64,000 nt of DNA from Candidatus Thorarchaeota archaeon (lineage in GTDB: Archaea; Asgardarchaeota; Thorarchaeia; Thorarchaeales; Thorarchaeaceae). Position 1 is the first letter of the stretch. Every line of letters starts with the position of its first letter. This document shows positions 21,093 through 31,569 of this stretch, in pieces. The position numbers were made by a program, and so were the translations under genes. The stretch covers positions 55,969 to 119,968 of the forward strand of contig JBHLRZ010000006.1 of NCBI GenBank assembly GCA_048882045.1. The letters are read 5' to 3'. The notes beneath the pieces are model-generated. The model searched no databases. It worked only from the letters and a program-made list of their open reading frames with translations, and was not told where the DNA came from.

Positions 21093-22703
21093 ATGTGGGA
21101 AGAACTAACGATTGCCTTCAACATCATTGGTGGGCTTGCTCTCTTTATGTATGGTGTGACTCTTCTTAGAGAAACACTAGGTAAGATATCAGGCAAGCGA
21201 GTCGTGAGGATTCTCGAAAAGGTGAGCAACAATCCTGTCAAGGGGATGGGTGCTGGGACAGCAGCCACTGTTATGACTCAGAGCTCGAGTATCACTGTGC
21301 TGACCTTGATTGGTTTTGTCAATGCAGGAATGATGACATTCAGGCAATCTGTAAATGTTATGTTAGGTTCAGAGATTGGAACAACGGTAACAGCACAACT
21401 GGTATCATTCGAAGTGGGAGTAATTTTCTGGCCCTTAGTTGCCATCGGATTTTTCATGAAAATGTTTTCTAAGAATGAGAGAATACAACTCGTCGGGACT
21501 GTGATTTTTAGTCTTGGCCTCTTGTTCCTAGCAATGGACTTCATGAAGGAAGGAGCCAAACCATTAACAACCGACTATCCATTCTTTAGAAATCTCATCA
21601 ATGACTATGGAGCAGTTCCTATCATTGGGATATTGATTGGTGCATTAATAGCAGGAGTTACTCAGAGTAGCTCAGCAACAACAAGCCTCGTCATAGCAAT
21701 GGGTGCTGCAGGTGCAATAGATCTCGGCCCAGGTATTGCGTTAGTTATGGGTGCCAACATTGGCACATGCTTTCTTGAGCTGTTTGCAGGTATTGGAGCG
21801 AGTACACCTGCGAAGCGTACTGCCATCGCTCAAGCAATCATCAATGTCGTGGGAGTGGTCATTTTCTTGCCTTTCCTAGCACCTTTTACAGATTTAGTAG
21901 TCATGACAGATACTAGTCTCACTCGTCAGATTGCTAACGCTCATACAATATTCAATATTATAGTGAGTCTGATTTTCATCCCTCTAGTTGGAGGACTTGT
22001 GAAGTTGTGTGAAAGATTGATACCCGATAAGGAAGGTGAGGTCATTGGACGACACTTCTTTGATGAGGAGATGCTTCACATGCCACAGGCAGCCCTAATG
22101 GAGTCAGAACGTGAAGCCCTTCGTACAGCAGAGAAGACAATCGATATGATCGTTCTGAGTAAGAGTGCACTTCTCTCAAGAAACATGGAGGATGCTATGA
22201 AGGTCATTCAGCTTGAGGATGAGGTTGATGAGAGCTGTAGAAGTACAGAGGACTTCATCGATTTGATTCGAGAAGAAGAATTGAACAAGGAAGATCAGAT
22301 TTGGAGAATCAAACTACTCGCCATACTTACTGATATAGAACGAGTCGGGGATCTTGCATCAAACATTGCAGGATTTACTCTTGATCAGCTCAAGAATGGG
22401 ATATTCTTCTCTGATGAGGCTGTGAGAGAGATTGGCCAGATGTTCGATCTCGTTGAAGAGGCATACTCAACTGCTATCGAATCACTCATGACAAGGAACA
22501 AGGACCTGGCTAAGGTTGCTGAACAGCTCGAGGATGATGTGGACAAACTTGAAAGGGAATTGAAAGCGTCCCATGTAAAACGAATGCGTACAGGTGTTTG
22601 CGATCCTCAAGCAGACGCAGTGTTCGTTGAAACTCTGCGGAATCTTGAGAGAATCAGTGATCATGCTGACAACATCGCCTATGATGTCATCATGGACACG
22701 TGA
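21093..22703 (+). CDS. Na+/Pi cotransporter (NptA type) with C-terminal PhoU domains
   Basis: two QSSS motifs, GANIGT, IANAHTIFN, ERVGD and LERISDHA. Confidence 0.93.
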   Translation: MWEELTIAFNIIGGLALFMYGVTLLRETLGKISGKRVVRILEKVSNNPVKGMGAGTAATVMTQSSSITVLTLIGFVNAGMMTFRQSVNVMLGSEIGTTVTAQLVSFEVGVIFWPLVAIGFFMKMFSKNERIQLVGTVIFSLGLLFLAMDFMKEGAKPLTTDYPFFRNLINDYGAVPIIGILIGALIAGVTQSSSATTSLVIAMGAAGAIDLGPGIALVMGANIGTCFLELFAGIGASTPAKRTAIAQAIINVVGVVIFLPFLAPFTDLVVMTDTSLTRQIANAHTIFNIIVSLIFIPLVGGLVKLCERLIPDKEGEVIGRHFFDEEMLHMPQAALMESEREALRTAEKTIDMIVLSKSALLSRNMEDAMKVIQLEDEVDESCRSTEDFIDLIREEELNKEDQIWRIKLLAILTDIERVGDLASNIAGFTLDQLKNGIFFSDEAVREIGQMFDLVEEAYSTAIESLMTRNKDLAKVAEQLEDDVDKLERELKASHVKRMRTGVCDPQADAVFVETLRNLERISDHADNIAYDVIMDT

Positions 22704-22755
22704 CTTGCGCGTTTGGAGTGGGAGAAACCTGTATTTCTGCTATATGGGTTGTTTC

Positions 22756-24204
22756 TCAGTTGTCATCAACATCCTTGTACACTTCACCTAGGCCACCTGC
22801 TCGTGTCATTCTCTCAGGCGACAGAAGCGCATCAAGTTGTTCTTCCTTGAGGAGACCTTCACCAAGCACGATATCCCGAATTGACTTTCCTGTTTCGAGC
22901 GCCGTCTTTGCTATGCGAGATGCAGCTTTGTATCCAATGATTGGATTCAAAGCTGTGACTATGCCAATGCTTCGATGTACGACATTCAAACCAACAGGAT
23001 TGGGTTTGATTCCTTTAATGCACTTCTCTGTGAATATGGGGATAGAGTTTCGAAGAATCTTGAGGGCTTGGAAAAAGTTGTATGCGATGACGGGTTCAAA
23101 GGCATTGAGCTCCAACTGTCCAGATTGAGCAGCCATTGAGATGACAAGATCATGCCCCATAACCTGGAAAGCAACCTGTGTGACCATTTCCGGTATCACA
23201 GGATTTACCTTCCCGGGCATAATCGAGGAACCAGGTTGAACCGGTGGGAGTATAATCTCGTGGAAACCACCAATAGGACCAGAAGATAGGATGATGAGAT
23301 CCCCGCATATCTTGGATAGATTGGTGGCGATGACTCTAAGAAGACCAGAAGCATGAACAAACTCATCTGAGTTTTGGGTTTCGTCAACGAGATTCTCAGC
23401 AGTTGTCAAATCCTTTATCCCAGTGACTTCGCGCAGGTGTTTTGCAGCAAGAGAAATGTATTCTGGATCAGCATTCAGTGAGGTCCCAATTGCTGTAGCA
23501 CCGATATTATGGGTTGTTAAGACTTCAATCGCCCAGTGGATTCGTTGTAAATCTCTCTTGAGAGCAGCAGACCAGGCTCCGAACTCTTGTCCTAAGGTGA
23601 TCGGAACGGCATCCTGCATTTCTGTGCGGCCCAACTTGAGGGTGTCCTTGAAGGCTTCAGCCTTGTCATCCAGTGCTTTTGTTAGCCGTTGTAGATTCTC
23701 TGAAAGAGCTTGAAACCCATGGATTGTGGCAATCTTGATTGCTGTGGGATAGACATCATTCGTAGATTGACTCATGTTTACATGGTCGTTCGCTGAAATT
23801 GGAATCTGAGTATTGATTGGGTGACCAAGAATCTCATTGGATCTGGAAGCAATGACCTCGTTGACACACATGTTTGTCGAGGTTCCTGCACCTCCCTGTA
23901 GCATGTCAACATCAAACTGCTCCTCTAGTGCACCATCTATTATTTCATCGCAAGCCTGGATGATTGCATTGGCATACTTCTTACTGATATGATTGAGCTC
24001 CAAATTAGCCAAAGTGCATGCTTTCTTGACCATTGCCATTGCATGAATGAGTGTTGAGTAGTTATAGAGCCGGACAAGCGAAACACCAAAATTCTCCTGA
24101 GCACGGAGTGTTTGTATTCCCCAATAGGCATCCTTTGGGACTTGTCTAGTTCCTAAGAGGTCACTCTCTTCGCGATATTGTTCTTCAGGACTCATGTACC
24201 TCAC
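22756..24204 (-). CDS. aspA: aspartate ammonia-lyase
   Basis: YWGIQTLRA..NF, QGGAGTSTNM, SQSTNDVYPTA, GSSIMPGKVNPVIPE. Confidence 0.9.
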   Translation of the reverse strand: MRYMSPEEQYREESDLLGTRQVPKDAYWGIQTLRAQENFGVSLVRLYNYSTLIHAMAMVKKACTLANLELNHISKKYANAIIQACDEIIDGALEEQFDVDMLQGGAGTSTNMCVNEVIASRSNEILGHPINTQIPISANDHVNMSQSTNDVYPTAIKIATIHGFQALSENLQRLTKALDDKAEAFKDTLKLGRTEMQDAVPITLGQEFGAWSAALKRDLQRIHWAIEVLTTHNIGATAIGTSLNADPEYISLAAKHLREVTGIKDLTTAENLVDETQNSDEFVHASGLLRVIATNLSKICGDLIILSSGPIGGFHEIILPPVQPGSSIMPGKVNPVIPEMVTQVAFQVMGHDLVISMAAQSGQLELNAFEPVIAYNFFQALKILRNSIPIFTEKCIKGIKPNPVGLNVVHRSIGIVTALNPIIGYKAASRIAKTALETGKSIRDIVLGEGLLKEEQLDALLSPERMTRAGGLGEVYKDVDDN

Positions 24205-24240
24205 ACAATATCTGACTGGATTCAGCCTGTTAATAGGTTA

Positions 24241-25827
24241 TTAGAAGCCGGCAGCTTGACCATCCTTTCGATAATCAGATCCTGCAATCCAAGCATCTTC
24301 ATTAATTCTGAGGATGACCTGTCCTCCACCATAGTAATGCAGTGTCTCGGAATGATCAAACCTATGTCCCAGCTTTTGAAGTTCTCCCTCAACATACAGC
24401 GGAATTCCCATCTCTAGTCCAACAGTGTTTGTCACATGATCATGATCGAACCTTGGGAAATCCACGGCTTCTTGAGGGGACATCTTGTAGTCTACTAGAT
24501 GACTCACAAATTGTCCGTGGGCTTGGGCCTGGTGTGCGCCACCCATGATTCCAAAAACGCCCCAGAGTTTGTTTTTCTGATACAATGCTCCTGGGATGAT
24601 GGTATGAAACGGCAACTTGTTTGGTGCATAGCAGTTTGGATGATTCGGATCAAATGAAAAGAGATGTCCTCTGTTCTGGAGTTTGATTCCAGTACCTGGA
24701 GCAACCAATCCACTTCCTATTCCCATATACAGACTATTGATGAATGACACTGCGTTACCGTCACCATCAGCAGTACAGAAATATACGGTGTCAGAACCAA
24801 GAGAGAGCCCAGAAGAGTAATCCTCCAATGCAGAGGTAAGACTGATCATCTTGGCTCGTTCTTTTGCATACTCCTTTGACAGTAGTTTTTCTAGTGGAAC
24901 TTTATAGGAGGAAGGATCTGCACAGTGTTGATGCAGGTCGCCATAGGCTAGTTTCTTCGCCTCTATCATGATATGAAACCGTTCTTCACTGAGTGAATCA
25001 AACTCTGTGAAATCAAAACGCTCCATGATGTTGAGCATGGAGAGAGCAGCGAATCCCTGACTATTGGGCGGATGCTCATAGACATTAACGCCACGATAAT
25101 TTGTGGAGATTGCTTCAGTCTGTTGAGTCTTGTGTGACTCGAGATCGTCTAGAGTAAGAAAACCTCCGTGTTCTTGAACAGTATCGACCATTGATTTAGC
25201 AATCTCACCAGTGTAGAAGACATCTGGACCGTCCTTTCCAACCTTCTCAAAGACGTTGGCTAGGTCCTTGTTCTTCATCGTCTGACCAACCTGGGGCGCT
25301 CGGTCATTAATTGTATAGACTCTACGAGCTTCTTCATTCTGAAAGACAGACAAGACAAAAGGCCAATATCCGCCGATTATGGGCGATACTGGAAATCCAT
25401 TCCGAGCGTAGTATATTGCAGGACCCAGAACATCCTTGAGCTCGAGAGCACCATGCTTCTCGATAACAGTAGTCCAAAGATGCAGAGCTCCTGGTACCGT
25501 GACAGGAGGACCTCCACGTGGTGGCATTTCTGTCCATCCCTTATCTAGAAGATCCTGTAGGGTGGCAAGAGACCCCGATCTACCTGAGCCATTATAGCTC
25601 AAAGGCTTGGTCTTACCATCAAGATGGATGAGTGTAAAGGCGTCACCACCGCATCCAGTGCTGAATGGTTCTACAACATCAAGAACAGCTGCTGCAGCCA
25701 CAGCCGCATCAATTGCATTGCCACCCTTGCGGAGGATCTCCAATCCAGCCTGAGTAGCAAGGGGTTGTGAGGTTGCTACGATACCTCTCTTTGCAAGCAC
25801 ATCTGACCGACTAGTACGTACATTCAA
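24241..25827 (-). CDS. ggt: gamma-glutamyltransferase
   Basis: GGNAIDAAVA, nucleophile DTVY, LQNRG, PFHTIIP, GSDYRKDG. Confidence 0.93.
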   Translation of the reverse strand: MNVRTSRSDVLAKRGIVATSQPLATQAGLEILRKGGNAIDAAVAAAAVLDVVEPFSTGCGGDAFTLIHLDGKTKPLSYNGSGRSGSLATLQDLLDKGWTEMPPRGGPPVTVPGALHLWTTVIEKHGALELKDVLGPAIYYARNGFPVSPIIGGYWPFVLSVFQNEEARRVYTINDRAPQVGQTMKNKDLANVFEKVGKDGPDVFYTGEIAKSMVDTVQEHGGFLTLDDLESHKTQQTEAISTNYRGVNVYEHPPNSQGFAALSMLNIMERFDFTEFDSLSEERFHIMIEAKKLAYGDLHQHCADPSSYKVPLEKLLSKEYAKERAKMISLTSALEDYSSGLSLGSDTVYFCTADGDGNAVSFINSLYMGIGSGLVAPGTGIKLQNRGHLFSFDPNHPNCYAPNKLPFHTIIPGALYQKNKLWGVFGIMGGAHQAQAHGQFVSHLVDYKMSPQEAVDFPRFDHDHVTNTVGLEMGIPLYVEGELQKLGHRFDHSETLHYYGGGQVILRINEDAWIAGSDYRKDGQAAGF

Positions 25828-25846
25828 TTCCTACAATCCTCCGAGG

Positions 25847-27235
25847 TTATTCATCAGAACCATGAATTAGGGGAAAGTCTTGATCTTTCCAAGCTTTTAA
25901 TCCATCCATAGACACCTTGACATCAGTCTTACCTTCTCGCAAGAGGATGCTAGCTGCTGTAGTACCTCTGTTTCCACGAGGACATATTGTTGCGATGAAA
26001 CGGTCAGAGTCAATCGTAGCAGCCTCTTCTCCAAAATCTGAGAGGGGAATACTTCTAGAGCCTTCGATCCGTTCCTCAACAAACTCATGGGGTTCTCTGA
26101 CATCGATGATGTCTAGTTCAGAGCGAGTCTGATATGCACCAAAGACTTCTAATGACATCGATTCAATCGACCGAAGCTCCCTACCACTCTTTGTCCAAGA
26201 TTCAATGCCATTCCTAAGATACCCACGAATGTCATCATAACCAATCCTGTGCAACATTGCCTTTGCTAGTTTCAGTTCATCCATATTGTTCTCAAATATA
26301 ATTGAGAAGTTCTGGGTAGGTCTTAATGCCAAACCAACTAGCAATCCCATGTTGTGAATACTGAGACTGATTGTACCAGGGATGTGACCTACTGTGAATT
26401 GTAGGGATGAGCGTATGTCAATTGCGCGATGCTTCTCCTGTTTAAGGAGTGTTTCAAACTCTCCTATCTCCACCTCACGAGCGATTGGTTGTTCGGACAG
26501 TAATGGAGCACCGATTGTGTTAAGATGCTCACAGTGCTTGAAGTAAGACGCAGTTGTGAGGCGTTGCTTGACCTTTCTTTGAATGAATTCGTCTTCTTCC
26601 ATACTCAGCCATATGTTGTGTTTCCGTTCGAAACCGATAGTTGAAAACTCACGTGAGCCTATATCACCACCACAGACCGAGCCCGATCCATGTCCAGGAC
26701 GGATGACTACTCCATCAGGAAGCTTCAGCAACCTCTCGTGGAGACTGTGGTACATCTTGCGAGACATATCTTCGTGTTTCTTGATATCAACTAGGTCGGT
26801 TCGACCAACCGAGTTTACAAAAAGGGTATCTCCAGTGAATGCAACGATTGGGTCGGTACTGACTGATCTGTCTGCGACCACATAGCACATGCTGTCATCA
26901 GTATGGCCAGGGGTGTTCAAACAGGTGATGAGCATGTCACCAACTGTAATTGTATCTTGGTCATCGAGATTGATGTTTCCATACTTGAACGAGGTTGCCT
27001 TGGAATGTGCAATCTTGGATTCAGGAAACGTTGAGTGTAACTCGAGAGATCCTATGACATAGTCCTCGTTTCTATGGGTTTCAAGAATGTGGGTGATGGC
27101 AACCTCTGATCTTTCAGCGAGTCGTGTATAGACTTCAACATCACGACGAGGATCGATGACTACGGCCTCATCGCGAGACACAACAAAATATGACAAGGAT
27201 GCAAGTCCTTCAGATTTGATAGTAGAAATTTTCAT
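25847..27235 (-). CDS. MBL-fold hydrolase with two rhodanese domains
   Basis: ETHRNEDY, TPGHT, FTGDTLFV..VGRTDL, PGHG.GS.CG; DVREPHEF, CPRGNRG. Confidence 0.88.
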   Translation of the reverse strand: MKISTIKSEGLASLSYFVVSRDEAVVIDPRRDVEVYTRLAERSEVAITHILETHRNEDYVIGSLELHSTFPESKIAHSKATSFKYGNINLDDQDTITVGDMLITCLNTPGHTDDSMCYVVADRSVSTDPIVAFTGDTLFVNSVGRTDLVDIKKHEDMSRKMYHSLHERLLKLPDGVVIRPGHGSGSVCGGDIGSREFSTIGFERKHNIWLSMEEDEFIQRKVKQRLTTASYFKHCEHLNTIGAPLLSEQPIAREVEIGEFETLLKQEKHRAIDIRSSLQFTVGHIPGTISLSIHNMGLLVGLALRPTQNFSIIFENNMDELKLAKAMLHRIGYDDIRGYLRNGIESWTKSGRELRSIESMSLEVFGAYQTRSELDIIDVREPHEFVEERIEGSRSIPLSDFGEEAATIDSDRFIATICPRGNRGTTAASILLREGKTDVKVSMDGLKAWKDQDFPLIHGSDE

Positions 27236-27336
27236 CGAACGCCTCAGTAGCATTTCTATAATCAGTCTTTTAAGAATAGGGACGTTCAGAAACGAGACCA
27301 AAGATTAAACAGCAGGATATCCAGATTGTACTTGCT

Positions 27337-27816
27337 ATGGCCGACGATCAATGTGATGACCAGACGATGCAAGATGAAGGCATCATTGTAGACGCGCCTC
27401 TTGAGATTCTAAGAGAGGGGGCTAGAAAGGTCCTGTTTGATTTCAATGAGAGCATCTTTGACAGGGATGGAGAACCACGGAAAGACGAGAGTGAGATTCA
27501 TCCCGGTGATACAGTCCTGTTTGTGGAGAAAATTCCAACCTGTCCAGCTCGTATTGTAGCAGTGTATATCATCAGAAACTTCTGGTATGTAAATGCTACT
27601 TCTGAAACACCAAAGGGAGGGTATCCATCAGGAAGAGACGCAATGAAGGCTGCAGAATTAGATGAACAGAATTTGAAAATCTTGGAACGGTTTCTGATTG
27701 AGAAGGAAGGCAGAGGCAGTGTGAGAGATGTTGATGATTGGAAACCAGATCTAAAGAAAGAGGCGGTTGATGTACTCGGTATCGTAAAACAGGCGACCAG
27801 AAAGTGGAATCGTTAG
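27337..27816 (+). CDS. hypothetical protein
   Basis: 159-aa acidic ORF filling the gap between known genes. Confidence 0.65.
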   Translation: MADDQCDDQTMQDEGIIVDAPLEILREGARKVLFDFNESIFDRDGEPRKDESEIHPGDTVLFVEKIPTCPARIVAVYIIRNFWYVNATSETPKGGYPSGRDAMKAAELDEQNLKILERFLIEKEGRGSVRDVDDWKPDLKKEAVDVLGIVKQATRKWNR

Positions 27817-27872
27817 TTAGTCAGTCACTTTTATTAGAACAGTAAAAGCAGCCCTAACTGGAAGTCAATAAG

Positions 27873-28445
27873 ATGGAGAGAGTCCGGCGAACAATTAAAT
27901 GGAATCAATGGCCAGAGATTGCTCAGACTGGATTCTTTATCGCGTTAATCATTGGAGTGACTCTTGGAGGATTCAGCCTCTTCAGCTTGGGAATGGGAAC
28001 ATCAACTCCTCTTGTTGTAGTGACAAGTGAGTCCATGTCCCCAACTCTTGAAGTGGGACATCTTCTGGTTCTGCAGCGACAGGCTCCTGAAGACATAGTC
28101 GTTGATGATATCATTGTTTTCGATGCAACTTGGCATCAGGAAGCCCCCGTGGTGCACAGGGTTGTACAAGTGGATATCATTGGAGGCGAATATTGGTACT
28201 GGACAAAAGGAGACAATAATCTACATATCGATAGTGTTCCAACCTCATACAATAGTATCATAGGAGTTGTTGTATACGCAATTCCATATATTGGATACAT
28301 CACACTTGTTCTACAAGAACCAGGAGTCCTTCCACTCATCATAGTTGTACTCATTGTGATTATTATACTACCAGAGTTTCTTCCAAAGAAAGAACCTGAA
28401 GTTGTAGAAACAGATAATGATGGTTCTGAAGCAAGTACTGAATAG
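27873..28445 (+). CDS. sec11: signal peptidase I, archaeal/eukaryotic Sec11 type
   Basis: VV.SESMSPTL..G, PVVHRV, TKGDNN...D, IPYIG. Confidence 0.92.
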   Translation: MERVRRTIKWNQWPEIAQTGFFIALIIGVTLGGFSLFSLGMGTSTPLVVVTSESMSPTLEVGHLLVLQRQAPEDIVVDDIIVFDATWHQEAPVVHRVVQVDIIGGEYWYWTKGDNNLHIDSVPTSYNSIIGVVVYAIPYIGYITLVLQEPGVLPLIIVVLIVIIILPEFLPKKEPEVVETDNDGSEASTE

Positions 28446-28527
28446 CTCTATGCCTAACAAGAGAATTAACAGCGGGTGGATGTGTAGTGTTCCTATTCTC
28501 CATATTGTATTATCGAAGAAGGAGACA

Positions 28528-30153
28528 CTAGTTGAATAGTGTATCAACCAATCCTGTGAATGCCTCCGAATACCCATGAGGCAAGATGCCCTCATTGGTT
28601 TCTCTGACAAACAACATTGCAGATTCCTCATCAAAACGGAGAGTCAACAATGCACTTCCTAGCTCTTCTGAGATTGCATCGAACTTAGCACCCTTTGTGG
28701 CAGTTGGAATCGCAATCACGGCAGCCTTCACAGCATCTGTATCCAGGATATTCTTGAGCCTCTTTGCTGAATAGAATGCTGCAACCCCACCACTTCTGTC
28801 CCAGTCTTTCACGTTCGGAAGGTCAATACCAATATACTGGGTTTCACCGTTCTTTGTAAGTTCGACAATTGCGGCCTGTTGCTTCTGAGTTCCTCCGCCA
28901 GATACTTGGAGTTCAACCTCAATTCCGAGTGGTTTTGCAGCAATAGTAATTGCCCCTACTATCGAGTTCAGGACCACTGTTCCAGTCAGCTTAATGACAT
29001 AGTCTTCTTGAGGTGCGACTTCGACTGGCTCTTTTTCAAAAAGAATCTCATCAAGACGAGGAATGAGATATCTGATTGCCTCTCGTGGGTTACCCTCACT
29101 CTTATTGAAGGCTATGTCGATGTCAGTAGTAGAAAACGGGAAGAGTTGGTCGGGAGGAGCTTCGACGTTCTGCTGTTGCCAGTACCTTCTCATAGTTTCC
29201 GAAACGAATGTAGCTACATCCTCTCTTGTGAATGGTTTCAGATGCACTGGTGCTTCCATTCTAGATTTCATAGGTGCATCTGCGATTGCATACACTCGGT
29301 CCCAGATCTCAGTCAAACAAGATGCGACAATGACTACGTTTTTTGTTTCGTTATAGATGCGCTTCAATATCTCAAGAAAGTGGCGCTCAGCCTCTTCACC
29401 ATACGCATTGAACGGGCCTTCCATCTCATCAACAAAGAGGACTATGGGTCGTAACGAGCCTTCTGCGAGAATCTTGAGCATAGCCATTGTGACGTCATCC
29501 TCCTCTAGAACAGTTCGCACGTTGAGTCGTTCGAGCTCGGCTTCATTCAACGCATCTCCAAGCAACCATCTTCTTGCAAGATCAGTGGTTGCAGGATCCA
29601 ATCTGTAGCGAAGTAGTGCCTTGACAGCGTCAGACGATATTCCAGGATAATCATACAGGAGTCTTTCCATGGCATAGGTGTAGTCATAGATCTCATGGGT
29701 GACTCCCTTTACTCCACCAAATTTCGATATCAACATGTCAACTGTCTGGTCGAAAAGATCATCTCCAGCCTCATCAACAATGCATGCATGGAGATGGAGT
29801 GGGACACGAACTGGTGATGGAGGAGAGGGTACATACACAGCAAGAAAGCTACCTGCTGCAAAGATGTTCTCCTGTTCTTTGATCACCCAGTAGAGATGAG
29901 TCTTTCCCATTCCAGCGTCACCAAGAATTGGCTGGAATCTTGGAGTGTTATCTTTCATCGTGAATCTTGCCACACGCCAGATTGCACGGTCTGCGTCTTG
30001 ATGGGGGCCAGGGATATCCACATCATCTGGCATATCACCCCTTGATACATATCTTCTGAGGGGGGGATCAGCCTTTAGGATTTCAAAATACATCTGAGTG
30101 TCGAATTCTGTGGGTGAGTCACTAGGTGGAATCGCGAAAACCTCCTCACGCAT
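28528..30153 (-). CDS. P-loop ATPase (BrxD/DUF2791-like) with C-terminal alpha/beta domain
   Basis: Walker A GDAGMGKT, Walker B LFVDEME, ARRWLLG, GNPRE. Confidence 0.7.
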   Translation of the reverse strand: MREEVFAIPPSDSPTEFDTQMYFEILKADPPLRRYVSRGDMPDDVDIPGPHQDADRAIWRVARFTMKDNTPRFQPILGDAGMGKTHLYWVIKEQENIFAAGSFLAVYVPSPPSPVRVPLHLHACIVDEAGDDLFDQTVDMLISKFGGVKGVTHEIYDYTYAMERLLYDYPGISSDAVKALLRYRLDPATTDLARRWLLGDALNEAELERLNVRTVLEEDDVTMAMLKILAEGSLRPIVLFVDEMEGPFNAYGEEAERHFLEILKRIYNETKNVVIVASCLTEIWDRVYAIADAPMKSRMEAPVHLKPFTREDVATFVSETMRRYWQQQNVEAPPDQLFPFSTTDIDIAFNKSEGNPREAIRYLIPRLDEILFEKEPVEVAPQEDYVIKLTGTVVLNSIVGAITIAAKPLGIEVELQVSGGGTQKQQAAIVELTKNGETQYIGIDLPNVKDWDRSGGVAAFYSAKRLKNILDTDAVKAAVIAIPTATKGAKFDAISEELGSALLTLRFDEESAMLFVRETNEGILPHGYSEAFTGLVDTLFN

Positions 30154-30264
30154 CTTCACATTTGTGTCAAAACGTTTTGAATGTACCGAAGTCAAGGTCG
30201 TATCATAAAAGATTATCAAGGTGGCTGTATCGACCTGCTTCGTTGAAAGGACTGTGAAATAAGA

Positions 30265-31569
30265 TTGGACTCTGATGTTCCCGTCAATGGAAGACCAATG
30301 GTCGCGAAGATCGCATGGCTCTCCTTGTTGTCTGCTCTAAATAGACTGAGCATGTCATTCAACCAGATAGTTATGCCTCTCTTTGTGTTAGCTATTGGCT
30401 CAGATGAGGCATTCTATGGATTGATCGTTGCATTGGCCGGATACGCTCAATCACTGGTTGTCTTTCCTGCTGGAGCATTCAGTGACAGGAGTGGTCGGGG
30501 CCTTACTATACTCATTGGTGGATTGTTCTCAGGTATTGTGATTCTGCTTCTGCCTTTCGCTGTGGATACAACTATGGTGTTGATTCTCTATGCGTCGACA
30601 GGTATTGGAGCAGGTTTTCGAATGTCCTCAGTTCAAGCGCTCATTGCTGATGCAACAAAGAGTGGTCATGAGAGAACACAGTCATATGGCTATACTGCTG
30701 CAATAGCCACCCTAGTTGCTGTTGCAGGTCCTTTCATCGGAGGATTCATTCTAGACGAAAATGCATTTCCGGGTATTGATCCTGTTATGGTCAGGTATAT
30801 GATTCTCTTCTTCATAATGGGAGGGCTACGAATCTCAGCAGGTGTTGTTGGCTTTGTAGCAGAGCGACGATTAAAGACCCAAGGACTACTGAATCATGAA
30901 GAGATCATTGAAACTCCAATTGAAAAAACCCAGAGTGCAGAGAATGATGCAAGAACTGCGGCTCTGTTTGGTCTCAGTCGACTGTTAATGGGCTTCAGTT
31001 CAGGTATGGTCATTCCGTACCTGATACTCTGGATCATTGATGCTTTCAATCCAAATGAAGTAGTATTGGGGAGTATTCCTGCAATTGCAGGTCTTACTCT
31101 TGCGTCTGGGGCCTTATTTGTTGGACTAATGAGTGAAAGAACAGGGAAACTGAAGATGATCACCGGGCTCTATATTCTTACACCTATCCTCACGTTTGGT
31201 ATGGTGTACTCACCCCGCCCGGAGGGATTTATTTTGATGGTCGTCTTCTATGTCGCCCGTCAGGCCGTAGCTAATATGGCTCAACCAGCGAACAACTCGC
31301 TTTTGATGAGTGAAATCAGTCAAACCCGAAGAGGTCGCTCATATGCTGTCACTCGAGTGATGTGGACTTTCCCAAGACAGACAGGTACGTTAGTAACAGC
31401 AGCAATTCTCAGCACTGGGCTTTTTTCGATGACTGCGTTTGGTGTCATTGTATTCCCAATCGCGATGATTCTCTATCCAATAAGTGTCATACCAATGTAC
31501 ATTGCTGTTAGGAGAAACCGTGAGCTAATTGCAGCTGAGGCTATGGTAGTTCCGGATATCGATTCATGA
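30265..31569 (+). CDS. MFS transporter
   Basis: GAFSDRSGR motif A; 12 TM. Confidence 0.9.
   Translation: MDSDVPVNGRPMVAKIAWLSLLSALNRLSMSFNQIVMPLFVLAIGSDEAFYGLIVALAGYAQSLVVFPAGAFSDRSGRGLTILIGGLFSGIVILLLPFAVDTTMVLILYASTGIGAGFRMSSVQALIADATKSGHERTQSYGYTAAIATLVAVAGPFIGGFILDENAFPGIDPVMVRYMILFFIMGGLRISAGVVGFVAERRLKTQGLLNHEEIIETPIEKTQSAENDARTAALFGLSRLLMGFSSGMVIPYLILWIIDAFNPNEVVLGSIPAIAGLTLASGALFVGLMSERTGKLKMITGLYILTPILTFGMVYSPRPEGFILMVVFYVARQAVANMAQPANNSLLMSEISQTRRGRSYAVTRVMWTFPRQTGTLVTAAILSTGLFSMTAFGVIVFPIAMILYPISVIPMYIAVRRNRELIAAEAMVVPDIDS

Noticed and set aside
22700-23713. Plus-strand ORFs opposite aspA, and similar antisense ORFs such as 28879..29454, 54719..55360, 59031..59633 and 60580..61089
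   Set aside because: Shadow frames of well-supported genes, with no motifs of their own.
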